Of a stretch of DNA of 64,000 bases, positions 37,976-47,900 are shown piece by piece. Position 1 is the stretch's first letter. Every line of letters begins with the position of its first letter. Made by a program: the position numbers and the translations under genes. This DNA comes from an uncultured Mariniplasma sp. (GTDB taxonomy: Bacteria > Bacillota_I > Bacilli_A > Acholeplasmatales > Acholeplasmataceae). The notes below the pieces were generated by a model. The model worked only from the letters and a program-made list of their open reading frames with translations. It had not been told where the DNA came from and made no database searches. The stretch is from NCBI GenBank assembly GCA_964655445.1, contig CAZZMZ010000001.1, forward strand, positions 8,390 to 72,389, written 5' to 3'.

Positions 37976-39682
37976 ATGAATATCGCAGCAACTTTTATCT
38001 ACGGCGAAAGTATTATGTTTGTTTTTGGTGGATTAGCACTCTTTATTTTTGGTATTAATATGATGAGTGATTCCTTAAAAGCGGCAGCAGGTAACAAATT
38101 AAAGGCGATTATCGAAAAATCAACGAATACACCACTCAAAGGTATTTTAGTGGGTATTTTCCTAACAGTGCTTATTCAATCATCATCTGGCACGACAGCC
38201 TTAATGATTGGTTTGATGCGTGCTGGACTCATGACACTTCCTCAAAGTGTGGGTATCATTATGGGGGCAAATATTGGTACAACCGTCACAGCATTTATCA
38301 TCGGTTTGCCGATTGCTGATTTTGGCTTATATTACATCTTTTTTGGATTACTCATGTCCTTTGTTAAAAACAGACGTATTCACCATTTCGGTGGCGTCTT
38401 ACTTGGATTAGGTATGCTATTTGTTGGTCTTGACACGATGTCATCCGGCTTAAAGCCTCTAGCTGCAACACAAACGGCTGAAGATATGTTCCAACTATTC
38501 TCACAAAACTGGTTTTTAGGTACAGTATTTGGTACAGTCTTTACTGCAGTTGTACAATCATCATCAGCAGCGATTGGTGTGCTTCAGCGTCTATATGATT
38601 TAAATGCACAGGGCATTGATTCTATTACCATCCAAGGTGCTGTACCTATATTATTAGGTGCAAATATTGGGACTACCATTACAGCATTCATAGCATCTAT
38701 TGGTGGTAATACAGAATCTAAAAGGGCAGCGTTTATACATATCTTATTTAATGTGATTAGCGCAGTATTCTTCTTAATTATTTTAATACCATATGAGAAT
38801 GTTCTCATTTGGTTTGAAGCAAGATACTTAGAGCCTTATTCGATGCTAACTATCGCATTTGCACATGCATTCCAAAATAGTATCATGACAATTCTTTTAT
38901 ACTTCTTTATCAAACAAATGATTTTCCTAGCGAAGTATTTTGTAAAAGATAAAACATTAAAACAAATACCAGATGAAATGTTTGATGAAAAACTGATTGT
39001 TGAATCACCTATTTTAGCTTTAGAATATATGAAAAAAGGTATTCTTTATATGGGTGGTATCGTTAAAGACTATTTTGATATAGCAAGATCTTACTCCTTT
39101 AAAGAAGACATGAAACTTGTGAATGAAGCATATACCCATGAAATGATGATTGATACATATGATCAAAAGCTTCATGACTATTTAATAAAAATCTCTCAAG
39201 CAGGCTTAGAAAAAAATGATTCAAGTAAATTATCTAGAGACTTAGATACGATTAGAGACTTTGAACGTATTGGTGATCATTTAACAAATATTGTCGAATT
39301 CTTCGTAGAAAGATATGCTGAAAATCATTTACTTTCAGAAGAAGGCTCGAAAGATTTAAAAGAGATCTATCAAGTCTTAGAAGAAATGCTTAATGATACA
39401 CTCACAGCATTTATGAATCAAGATATCGAATTAGCTAAAAAAGTTGTCAAGCTTGAAGATAAAGTTGATGAACTTGAAGAACTTGCACGCTATAGATATA
39501 TTGAAAGACTTAAACAAGGTCAAGTCACCTTCATTAAAGCAAACAACTTCTCAGATATATTAGCAAATCTAGAACGTATTGGTGACCATTTAATGAATAT
39601 CGTTGGTTCAGTCATTGAACCTATGTATGTTCCACAATCTATTTTAGTACCTAAACCACATGAGATAGATAAAGACATTTAA
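37976..39682 (+). CDS. Na+/phosphate cotransporter family protein with C-terminal PhoU domains
   Basis: Duplicated QSSS and GANIGTT motifs; two ERIGDH PhoU motifs; GGAGG SD before ATG 37976. Confidence 0.92.
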   Translation: MNIAATFIYGESIMFVFGGLALFIFGINMMSDSLKAAAGNKLKAIIEKSTNTPLKGILVGIFLTVLIQSSSGTTALMIGLMRAGLMTLPQSVGIIMGANIGTTVTAFIIGLPIADFGLYYIFFGLLMSFVKNRRIHHFGGVLLGLGMLFVGLDTMSSGLKPLAATQTAEDMFQLFSQNWFLGTVFGTVFTAVVQSSSAAIGVLQRLYDLNAQGIDSITIQGAVPILLGANIGTTITAFIASIGGNTESKRAAFIHILFNVISAVFFLIILIPYENVLIWFEARYLEPYSMLTIAFAHAFQNSIMTILLYFFIKQMIFLAKYFVKDKTLKQIPDEMFDEKLIVESPILALEYMKKGILYMGGIVKDYFDIARSYSFKEDMKLVNEAYTHEMMIDTYDQKLHDYLIKISQAGLEKNDSSKLSRDLDTIRDFERIGDHLTNIVEFFVERYAENHLLSEEGSKDLKEIYQVLEEMLNDTLTAFMNQDIELAKKVVKLEDKVDELEELARYRYIERLKQGQVTFIKANNFSDILANLERIGDHLMNIVGSVIEPMYVPQSILVPKPHEIDKDI

Positions 39683-39700
39683 GAAAAGAGTTGATGTTTC

Positions 39701-41656
39701 ATGTTTGATTTAAAAGCACCTTTTATACCAAAAGGCGATCAAATTAAAGCGATTGAAACACTAAAAATAAATTTTGAAAAAGGCATACGTCAGCAAATCC
39801 TTTTAGGTGCAACCGGAACAGGTAAAACCTTTACGATTGCTAATATGATTTCAAAATTACAAAAGAAAACCCTTATTCTCGCCCCAAATAAAACCTTAGC
39901 AGGTCAATTATATGGCGAGCTTAAGGCTTTTTTTCCTAACAATCGTGTCGAATACTTTATATCGTACTATGATTATTATCAACCAGAGGCTTATGTTGTT
40001 TCAACAGATACCTATATTGAAAAAGATTCATCTATTAATGATGAAATTGATGAATTAAGACATGCAGCAACAGCATCTCTTTTGGAAAGAGATGATGTCA
40101 TAGTTGTCGCATCTGTTTCCTGTATCTATGGTATTGGCGATCCTGATGATTATAAAAACTCCATGATTGTTGTAAGAAATAATGAACATTACGGTAGAGA
40201 TAGACTGATCAATAAACTCGTTGAGCTTACATATCAAAGAAATGATATGGATTTTCACCGTGGAACTTTTAGGGTCCGTGGTGACTCTATTGAAGTTATT
40301 CCTGCGTATGAAAGAGCTCAAGGGATAAGAATTACATTTTTTGGCGATGAAGTCGAAGACATCAAAAGGTTTGATGTTTTAACAGGACAAGCACTTGAAG
40401 GTTTATCAACGATTACTATTTTTCCTGCAACACACTTTATGACAAATAAAGATAAACTTCATGAGTCTATTAGAAGAATCAAAAACGAACTTCAAGAGCA
40501 AATCGCTTATTTCAAATCAAATGATTTTCTTTTAGAAGCTCAACGCATTGAGCAACGTACGAAATACGATATGGAAATGCTAGAAGAGATAGGCATATGT
40601 AGCGGTATTGAAAATTATTCAAGACATTTATCACTTCGTGAAGCTGGTGAAACACCAGCAACACTGATTGACTTTTTTGGTGACGATTTTTTAATGATTA
40701 TTGATGAATCACACGTTACGATACCTCAAATTGGTGGTATGTATAAAGGTGATCGATCAAGAAAAACAACACTTGTTGAGCATGGATTTAGATTACCTTC
40801 AGCATTAGATAATAGACCTTTACAGTTTGATGAGTTTGAAGATAAATTAGATAAAGTCATTTATTTATCTGCAACTCCAGGTAATTATGAGCTTGATAAA
40901 AAATTTCCTATTGTCGAACAAATCATACGTCCAACATATCTACTTGATCCAGAAGTTGAAGTGAGACCTACTAAAGGACAAATGGACGATTTATATTATG
41001 AAATAAAAAAACGTACTGAAAAAAATGAGCGTGTTTTAGTTACAACACTCACTATTCGTATGTCAGAGGATTTAACATCCTATTTTAAACAACTAGGCCT
41101 TAAGGTTGCTTATTTACATAGTGAAATCAAATCATTAGAAAGAATTAATATTTTAAGAGATTTAAGAATTGGTAAATATGACTGCTTAATCGGCATCAAC
41201 CTTTTAAGAGAAGGTCTTGATTTACCTGAAGTCTCGCTTGTTGCTATTTTAGATGCAGATAAGCAAGGATTTTTAAGATCTGAAAGATCACTTATCCAAA
41301 CGATTGGTAGAGCAGCTAGAAATATCAATGGCCAGGTGATTATGTATGCTGATCAGATGAGTGATGCGATGACATATGCAATTAACGAAACAAACAGAAG
41401 ACGTGCTTTACAGCTTAAATTTAATATAGAAAATGATGTGCTTCCTGTCACTATCCAAAAAGATATTAGAGATAAAATTTCAGTCAAGGAAGATATTGAG
41501 AAAGAAGTTAAAGATTATAATAAGATGTCTAAAAAGGATATCAATAATATGATCAAACGTCTTGAAGGTGAAATGAAAGAAGCAGCAAGAAATTTAGATT
41601 TTGAGAAAGCAGCTGAACTTAGAGATATGCTTTTTGAATTAAGAAGTGAGCTATAA
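39701..41656 (+). CDS. uvrB: Excinuclease ABC subunit B
   Basis: [55 protein letters not shown]-terminal UVR domain. Confidence 0.98.
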   Translation: MFDLKAPFIPKGDQIKAIETLKINFEKGIRQQILLGATGTGKTFTIANMISKLQKKTLILAPNKTLAGQLYGELKAFFPNNRVEYFISYYDYYQPEAYVVSTDTYIEKDSSINDEIDELRHAATASLLERDDVIVVASVSCIYGIGDPDDYKNSMIVVRNNEHYGRDRLINKLVELTYQRNDMDFHRGTFRVRGDSIEVIPAYERAQGIRITFFGDEVEDIKRFDVLTGQALEGLSTITIFPATHFMTNKDKLHESIRRIKNELQEQIAYFKSNDFLLEAQRIEQRTKYDMEMLEEIGICSGIENYSRHLSLREAGETPATLIDFFGDDFLMIIDESHVTIPQIGGMYKGDRSRKTTLVEHGFRLPSALDNRPLQFDEFEDKLDKVIYLSATPGNYELDKKFPIVEQIIRPTYLLDPEVEVRPTKGQMDDLYYEIKKRTEKNERVLVTTLTIRMSEDLTSYFKQLGLKVAYLHSEIKSLERINILRDLRIGKYDCLIGINLLREGLDLPEVSLVAILDADKQGFLRSERSLIQTIGRAARNINGQVIMYADQMSDAMTYAINETNRRRALQLKFNIENDVLPVTIQKDIRDKISVKEDIEKEVKDYNKMSKKDINNMIKRLEGEMKEAARNLDFEKAAELRDMLFELRSEL

Positions 41657-41657
41657 G

Positions 41658-42275
41658 ATGGATGCAAAACAAATGATGATAGATAGGATTCAAAAGGACT
41701 ATCAAAGAAAGATAAAGCTTTTTGAAAAGATAGAACCACCAAAGGATGTCGTTTTAGTTGGAGATTCCATGGTCGCTTACTTAAATCCTAGTTTATATAA
41801 CTTGCTTGACATCACACTTCAAGGTATTGCAGGCGATACAACAAAAGGCGTTAAAGAAAGACTAGATCTTATTTATAGACTTCACCCCAAAAAAGTCATT
41901 TTAAGTATCGGATCCAACGATTTAGTCATCTTAAATGAAACACCTAAAAAAGTTGCAGAAAACATTTTATCCTTAGCTTATGAAATTGAAAAAGAAACAC
42001 ACGCGAAAGTTTATGTGGTATCTATGACACCTGTCATTAGAGATCATGATATCTCAAACCCTCTATATATTTCAAATAGAACAAATGAGATGCTAGAAGA
42101 GATCAATACCATATTGTCTCAAACACTTAATCATAATGTTTTTATCGATCTTTATAACGATTTACTCGATGAGAATTACAATTTAAATCCTACCTATTCA
42201 ACTGATGGCATTCACTTAAATCAAAAAGGGTATGAGATTTATACTAAATATATTAAAGACATCTTGTCAAAATGA
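41658..42275 (+). CDS. SGNH/GDSL hydrolase
   Basis: VGDSM, GIAGDTT, IGSND, DGIHLN blocks. Confidence 0.9.
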   Translation: MDAKQMMIDRIQKDYQRKIKLFEKIEPPKDVVLVGDSMVAYLNPSLYNLLDITLQGIAGDTTKGVKERLDLIYRLHPKKVILSIGSNDLVILNETPKKVAENILSLAYEIEKETHAKVYVVSMTPVIRDHDISNPLYISNRTNEMLEEINTILSQTLNHNVFIDLYNDLLDENYNLNPTYSTDGIHLNQKGYEIYTKYIKDILSK

Positions 42276-42330
42276 TAAAACCACTGTATAATGGCTTTAT
42301 AGTCGATTCGATACGGGAGGTTTTTTTATA

Positions 42331-43242
42331 ATGAAAATCGAAAAAGCAGCAGAGAAGCTTGGATTTTTTAAAGAAAAAGACACATTTGTGAAACGTGTGG
42401 GGAATTATGAGTTTTATTTGATTAAATATAAGATGAATGGCTCTTATGTTGGTGTACCTATGATCGCGTTCGCTTCTAGTAAAACCATAGAAAAAGATCA
42501 ATACAAGCGTATTTTAAAAGCAGCAGGGTTAAGAAGTGCCTTTAAGGAATCTATTTTGTTAAATCAAAACGCGATTATTTTCGGTTATGGTCTCAAAGCA
42601 AATGATCCGATTAAAATGGATGAACGTTTAAGACAGTTTGCCGACGCTTTAAAAACTGAAGATATCTACCCACTTAACTACTGCCCATATTGTGGTAAGG
42701 AAGAAGATACAGATGATCTAAAAAACATTGATGGCATATTAGTACCAGTACATAAAGCATGTCTTTCATCCTATGTTGAACATGTATCAGAACAACTTGA
42801 ACTTTCAGAAAAAACGAATGATCACATGTTAAAGAGTATTTTACTTACAGTTTTATTTGGATTTTTTGGTATTATACCATCATACATCATTTTATCATTC
42901 ACAGGCTTCTATTCAGCGTGGCTATTCTTAATCATTCCATTTGCAGCATTCTATGGATTTAAATTAGGAAAAGCTCAAAAAAGATCATATGTTATTTTCT
43001 TGATTGCTGCCATCACAATGATTCTTGCTCCAGCGTTTATGCTCTTTGTATATTATGATGCAGCACTCTTTAATGAAATGTCTTTTGTTGACTTTGTCAC
43101 ACACGAAGAAGTACAAGCGGGTTTCATATCAGATATGATTATGACAGTTGTCTTTAGCTTAATTGCTGTACTTGTTTCCTGGAAGACAATTTTCAAACAA
43201 ACCAATGCACATTTGAAGAAACAATTAAAATCACTCAAGTAG
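42331..43242 (+). CDS. Hypothetical membrane protein with putative zinc site
   Basis: GGGAGG SD; CPYC...HKAC; about four C-terminal TM helices. Confidence 0.75.
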   Translation: MKIEKAAEKLGFFKEKDTFVKRVGNYEFYLIKYKMNGSYVGVPMIAFASSKTIEKDQYKRILKAAGLRSAFKESILLNQNAIIFGYGLKANDPIKMDERLRQFADALKTEDIYPLNYCPYCGKEEDTDDLKNIDGILVPVHKACLSSYVEHVSEQLELSEKTNDHMLKSILLTVLFGFFGIIPSYIILSFTGFYSAWLFLIIPFAAFYGFKLGKAQKRSYVIFLIAAITMILAPAFMLFVYYDAALFNEMSFVDFVTHEEVQAGFISDMIMTVVFSLIAVLVSWKTIFKQTNAHLKKQLKSLK

Positions 43243-43265
43243 CCACTAGCGTGGCTTCTTTTTTT
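43241..43265 (+). terminator. Intrinsic terminator
   Basis: AGCCAC-tagc-GTGGCT plus T run. Confidence 0.65.
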
Positions 43266-43309
43266 ATGTTACTAGCCATTTGTGGTATCATAAATATGGA
43301 GTTGATGAT

Positions 43310-44572
43310 ATGAATGCTAAAACACATTATGAAGCTGGATTAAATAATTATTTATATAATGTTAAAAAGAAAAACATTATGGTGGCTATTGAACATTTCT
43401 CACAAGCTGCTTTATTAGGATATGCAGATGCTCACTATTTTTTAGGTCGCTTTTATGGTTTAGGAGATGGTGTTTCTCTAGACTATCAAAAAGCACATGA
43501 GCACTATCAAAAAGGTTTTGAGTTAGGTTCTCATAAATGTGGTTACGCCATAGGACTTTTATATCACTCAGGTATGGGTGTTGAAAAAGACGATGAAATC
43601 GCAAGTGATTATTTCAAAAAACAATACGATGTCTTATTATTTGAGGCACAAAAAGAAGATCCGGTTTCTATGCATATTTTGGGTACCTATTATTATTATG
43701 GGTTTTCAGTTCAAAGATATATTTTTAAAGCCATAGAATGGTTTATAAAAGCAGCAGAATTAGGCTATAGTGATTCCCAATATATATTAGGTATGATTTA
43801 TGAAACCATCGATCACGATGGTGCACATTTAAAACAAGCCTATCATTATTATGAGCTTGCAGCACATCAAGATCATCCTTATGCATTATATGCTTTAGGT
43901 GTGAATGCGATTGAAAATGAAGAGTATAAAGATGCGTTTATCTATTTAGAAAGAGCAGCTTCGCAGCAATATGGTCTTGCTGCATATACACTTGGATATC
44001 TTTATCACGAAAAAGAACCTAAATCACCACTCAAAGCATTTGAATGGTTTATGGTAGCAGCTAAACAACACCATACTGAAGCTGAATATTATGTCGGTAT
44101 GTATTACCAAAATGGTAAAGGTGTTCCAAAGAATATCGATCAAGCCATTTATTGGTTTGAAAAAGCAGCGATGAAGAAAAACAAAAATGCACTTTATCAT
44201 TTAGCAATGATTCTCATAAAACAAGAAACGAAAGATTATGAAACGATTGCCAAGCTCTTAAAACAAGCAGCCGACCAAGATCACGCACATGCACAATATA
44301 ATTTAGCAGTCATGTATCAAAAAGGTGATGGTGTAGCAAAAAATTTAGATACAGCATTCTATTATTATGAAAAAGCAGCCAACGCCAATTTGCCGATTGC
44401 ACAATATAACTTAGGTATGATGTATTTTGAAGGTAAGGTTGTTGAAAAAAATGAACCTAAGGCTAAAGAACTTTGGCAAAAAGCAGCCGATCAAGGCTTA
44501 GAGGTTGCAGTTAAACTCATGTTATCCATTAATAACTATGAAAAACTGCAAAAATCAACATGGCAATCTTAA
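43310..44572 (+). CDS. Sel1-like repeat protein
   Basis: ~10 repeats such as AQYNLAVMYQKGDGVAKNLDTAFYYYEKAA; no signal peptide evident. Confidence 0.92.
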   Translation: MNAKTHYEAGLNNYLYNVKKKNIMVAIEHFSQAALLGYADAHYFLGRFYGLGDGVSLDYQKAHEHYQKGFELGSHKCGYAIGLLYHSGMGVEKDDEIASDYFKKQYDVLLFEAQKEDPVSMHILGTYYYYGFSVQRYIFKAIEWFIKAAELGYSDSQYILGMIYETIDHDGAHLKQAYHYYELAAHQDHPYALYALGVNAIENEEYKDAFIYLERAASQQYGLAAYTLGYLYHEKEPKSPLKAFEWFMVAAKQHHTEAEYYVGMYYQNGKGVPKNIDQAIYWFEKAAMKKNKNALYHLAMILIKQETKDYETIAKLLKQAADQDHAHAQYNLAVMYQKGDGVAKNLDTAFYYYEKAANANLPIAQYNLGMMYFEGKVVEKNEPKAKELWQKAADQGLEVAVKLMLSINNYEKLQKSTWQS

Positions 44573-44835
44573 AATACATTTATTTAGTTTTTGGGATCAT
44601 TTGGTTTATCACTTTAAACATACTTTCATATACAATGCCAGCTTTTGATGGCCCTTTGTTAACTAAGCTTTTCTACAGTATCATATCTTTTTTGTTACTA
44701 CTATTCGTTTATCTTTCTATATTAAATACAGAACTCATATTTCGTAAACCTTTTCAAAATCTCTCAACATATATGAAAATCTCTCTTTATGTCGGCATCT
44801 TTGTTTTACCGCTCATTTCTTTATACTATACTTAA
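44560..44835 (+). CDS. Small membrane protein (3 TM)
   Basis: 91 aa hydrophobic ORF overlapping the Sel1 gene end and preceding a terminator. Confidence 0.6.
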   Translation: MAILKYIYLVFGIIWFITLNILSYTMPAFDGPLLTKLFYSIISFLLLLFVYLSILNTELIFRKPFQNLSTYMKISLYVGIFVLPLISLYYT

Positions 44836-44859
44836 GAAATTTTATATTTTTAACCAAAT

Positions 44860-44882
44860 AAGCACGCAAAGTGCTTTTTTTT
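44860..44882 (+). terminator. Intrinsic terminator
   Basis: AAGCAC-gcaaa-GTGCTT plus long T run. Confidence 0.7.
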
Positions 44883-44895
44883 GTAAGCGTGTTCA
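44882..44895. promoter_or_regulatory. cre-like site upstream of large lipoprotein
   Basis: TGTAAGCGTGTTCA, one mismatch to TGWNANCGNTNWCA. Confidence 0.4.
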
Positions 44896-44994
44896 TTTTT
44901 ATAAGCAAATCGATTTGAGTTTCAAAATAAATCACATAAAATCTAATTAAACTTAATAAAAACTTAAGCTTTGTTAAGGAAAAGGAGAAAATGA

Positions 44995-47900
44995 ATGAGA
45001 ACTAAAATTGCTCTGCTACTTATGTCAGTCCTAACGATGCTTTTTATTGCTGCATGTTTTCCAGGTGAACAAACGCTAATCACAGAAGCTATTCTTGCAG
45101 AAATAGATAGCGAGATTGGCTTACCTGCAGAAACAGAAACAAATTTAACTCTAAAAGACTCTATGATTGTATTGGAGATTGATTTTGATATAACTTGGTC
45201 ATCAAACAATACAGCGGTTATTTCTAATGCAGGTGTAGTCACAAGACCATCTGCTGAAACAGGAAATGTTACTGTGGTTATGACAGCCACTTTGACTCAA
45301 GCCGATCAAGAAGAAGAACCATTAATCATAACTAGAACCTATAATGTTATTGTTATTGCATTACCTCAAGTGACATTTACTGTCACCTTTAACAGTAACG
45401 GAGGTAGTGTGGTCGCAAATGTGATAGCTAACCAAGGGGCAACCATTTCAGCTCCAACTGCACCAACAAGAGCAGGCTATACATTTGATGGTTGGTACAA
45501 AGAAGCTTCATTAACAACGCCATGGAACTTTGAAACTGATACTGTCACAGCTCAAACAACACTTTATGCTAAGTGGGTTGCAATTGTAACCTACACTGTG
45601 ACATTTGATCCAAATAATGGATCTAACACATTTACTCAAACGATTGCACAAGGTGGGTTTGCTACTGCACCAACTGCACCAGTAAAACCAGGTTATCAAT
45701 TTACAAACTGGCAAACAACCATTGGTACAGTTTGGAACTTTACTACAAATGCAGTGAATGCTAACATCACATTAATTGCACAATATGATATCATCACTTA
45801 CACGATTACTTATGTTATACCTGAAGAAGCTGAGCTTTCTATGACAGGTATTACATCATTTAACGTGAACACACTCGTAGATGATTTAGGTAGTGCTTAT
45901 CTTGAAAATCATGAATTCCTAGGCTGGTTTACAGAAGCTACTGGTGGAACACAAGTTACAGGATACCCAGTTGGCACTGTAGGCAACAAAACCCTTTATG
46001 CACAATTTGAAGAAGATGAAAAATATACTGTTACTTTTAATGATAATAACGGGAATTTAAATGATGTTGAACTCTATTATGGTTATGTTGATGAACCAGA
46101 TGATCCAATCAGAACTGGTTATGAGTTTTTTGGATGGTACAAAGATGTTGAACTCACCATGCTTTATGATTTTGAATTTGACATTGTATCTGAAGATATC
46201 ACGCTTTATGCTAAATGGGATGTCATCACATATACGATTACCTATGATACAAACTTTGGTATGCATGACACAACGAAAACAACATACACTGTAAATACAC
46301 CTACATTTAATCTGGATCCAGCAACAAAAGATGGCTATTTATTCTTAGGTTGGTTCACAGAAGCTATGGCTGGTGTAGAGATTGATGAGATTCAATTAGG
46401 TTCTACAGGCAACCTTATGCTATATGCACGCTTTGAAGCGATCACATATACCATTACTTTTGATGCAAATGGTGGTACAGTTGATCCTCTATCGATCAAT
46501 TACACTATAGAAACACCAACATTTTCATTACCACTTCCAGTTAAAGAAAATTATTTCTTTGATGGATGGTTATCTGACTTAGATGAGCACATATATAGTG
46601 ACATTGAAATTGGCTCTATGTTTAATGCAACCTTCACAGCTGTTTGGGTTGAAATCATCGAAATTAACTTCTATGACTATATGCAGGTTGATGCGTCATA
46701 TTACGAGTCTATCTATTTTGATGGCATGTTTACTGAATATGTCATCTATGAGGATGAGCTTTATGGTCGTGGAGATAACGGATTTGGACAGCTTGCAAAC
46801 GGTTCAAACATGCCAAGTGAAAATTGGATTCATATGACACCATTGTTTGGATTGGCACCTGATGAATATATTGTTAATTTTAAACTTAATGCACCAACAT
46901 TTATTGTTGTGACATCTCAAAACAGAATTCTTGTTTGGGGGTTCATGGGTTATGACATGGAGTTAGAACCTATATTTGAATTCTCACCTGTAGATTTAAC
47001 AAGTTCATTTGAACTAGACAATGAAGATGTTATCTACATCGCACATCTATTCTTTACCATACTCGTTCAAACATCAGACCATAGAATCATTTCACTTAAA
47101 GATGGTATCATTACAGATATTACACCAGTGTTAAATGAGCTTGAATTTATCGAATTTGTGCCAGTGTTTGGTGGTGGCGAATTGACAGACTCGAATGTGA
47201 TTTTCACAGGTGAACGCATCTTTATGTTCCCAATCTTTGGTGGTAACGAGTTTATTGATATGACCTCTTATTTCGCACTAGAAGAAACAGAAGAAATGTT
47301 AGCAATTTTCACCCAAGGTATTGGCATTCATATGATTACAACCGATTATTATAGATTTGCTCAATTACCAGAAAATGAGGAAGATCCAGTCATTCAAATT
47401 AGTTTAACAATAGATCTTTCATTAAATGAAGGGGAAGTCATACTAGACACATTTGGTGGCGGTGGCTTTGTTACATCTGAAAAACGCATTTTCTTACCAG
47501 TCTACATTATAGATAACGAAGAAGATGAGTTTCCATCTATGGTTAAGTTTGTTGATGTGACAAGTGAATTAGGATTAGAAATTGGTGAAGAAATTGAAGC
47601 AACATTTAATCCAGTCTTTATACTAACAACATTTGGTAGATTGCTACTTCTTATGCCAGATGAAAACTTTACAACTGATCCTATGTCTATGCCTTTCTTT
47701 GAACTTTATGAGATTGATACAACAAGCTTAGAAGAAAATGAATTTATTATATCTGCATCATTTGCTAACGGAAATCCGATCATTTTATCAAATCTTGGTG
47801 CTTATTCATTAGAAATGACCATGGAAGGTGTTTACTTAGATAAGATTCAATTGAGTGTAACAGGTTTAATTTATACAGGGTATTATCCACTGAATCAGCT

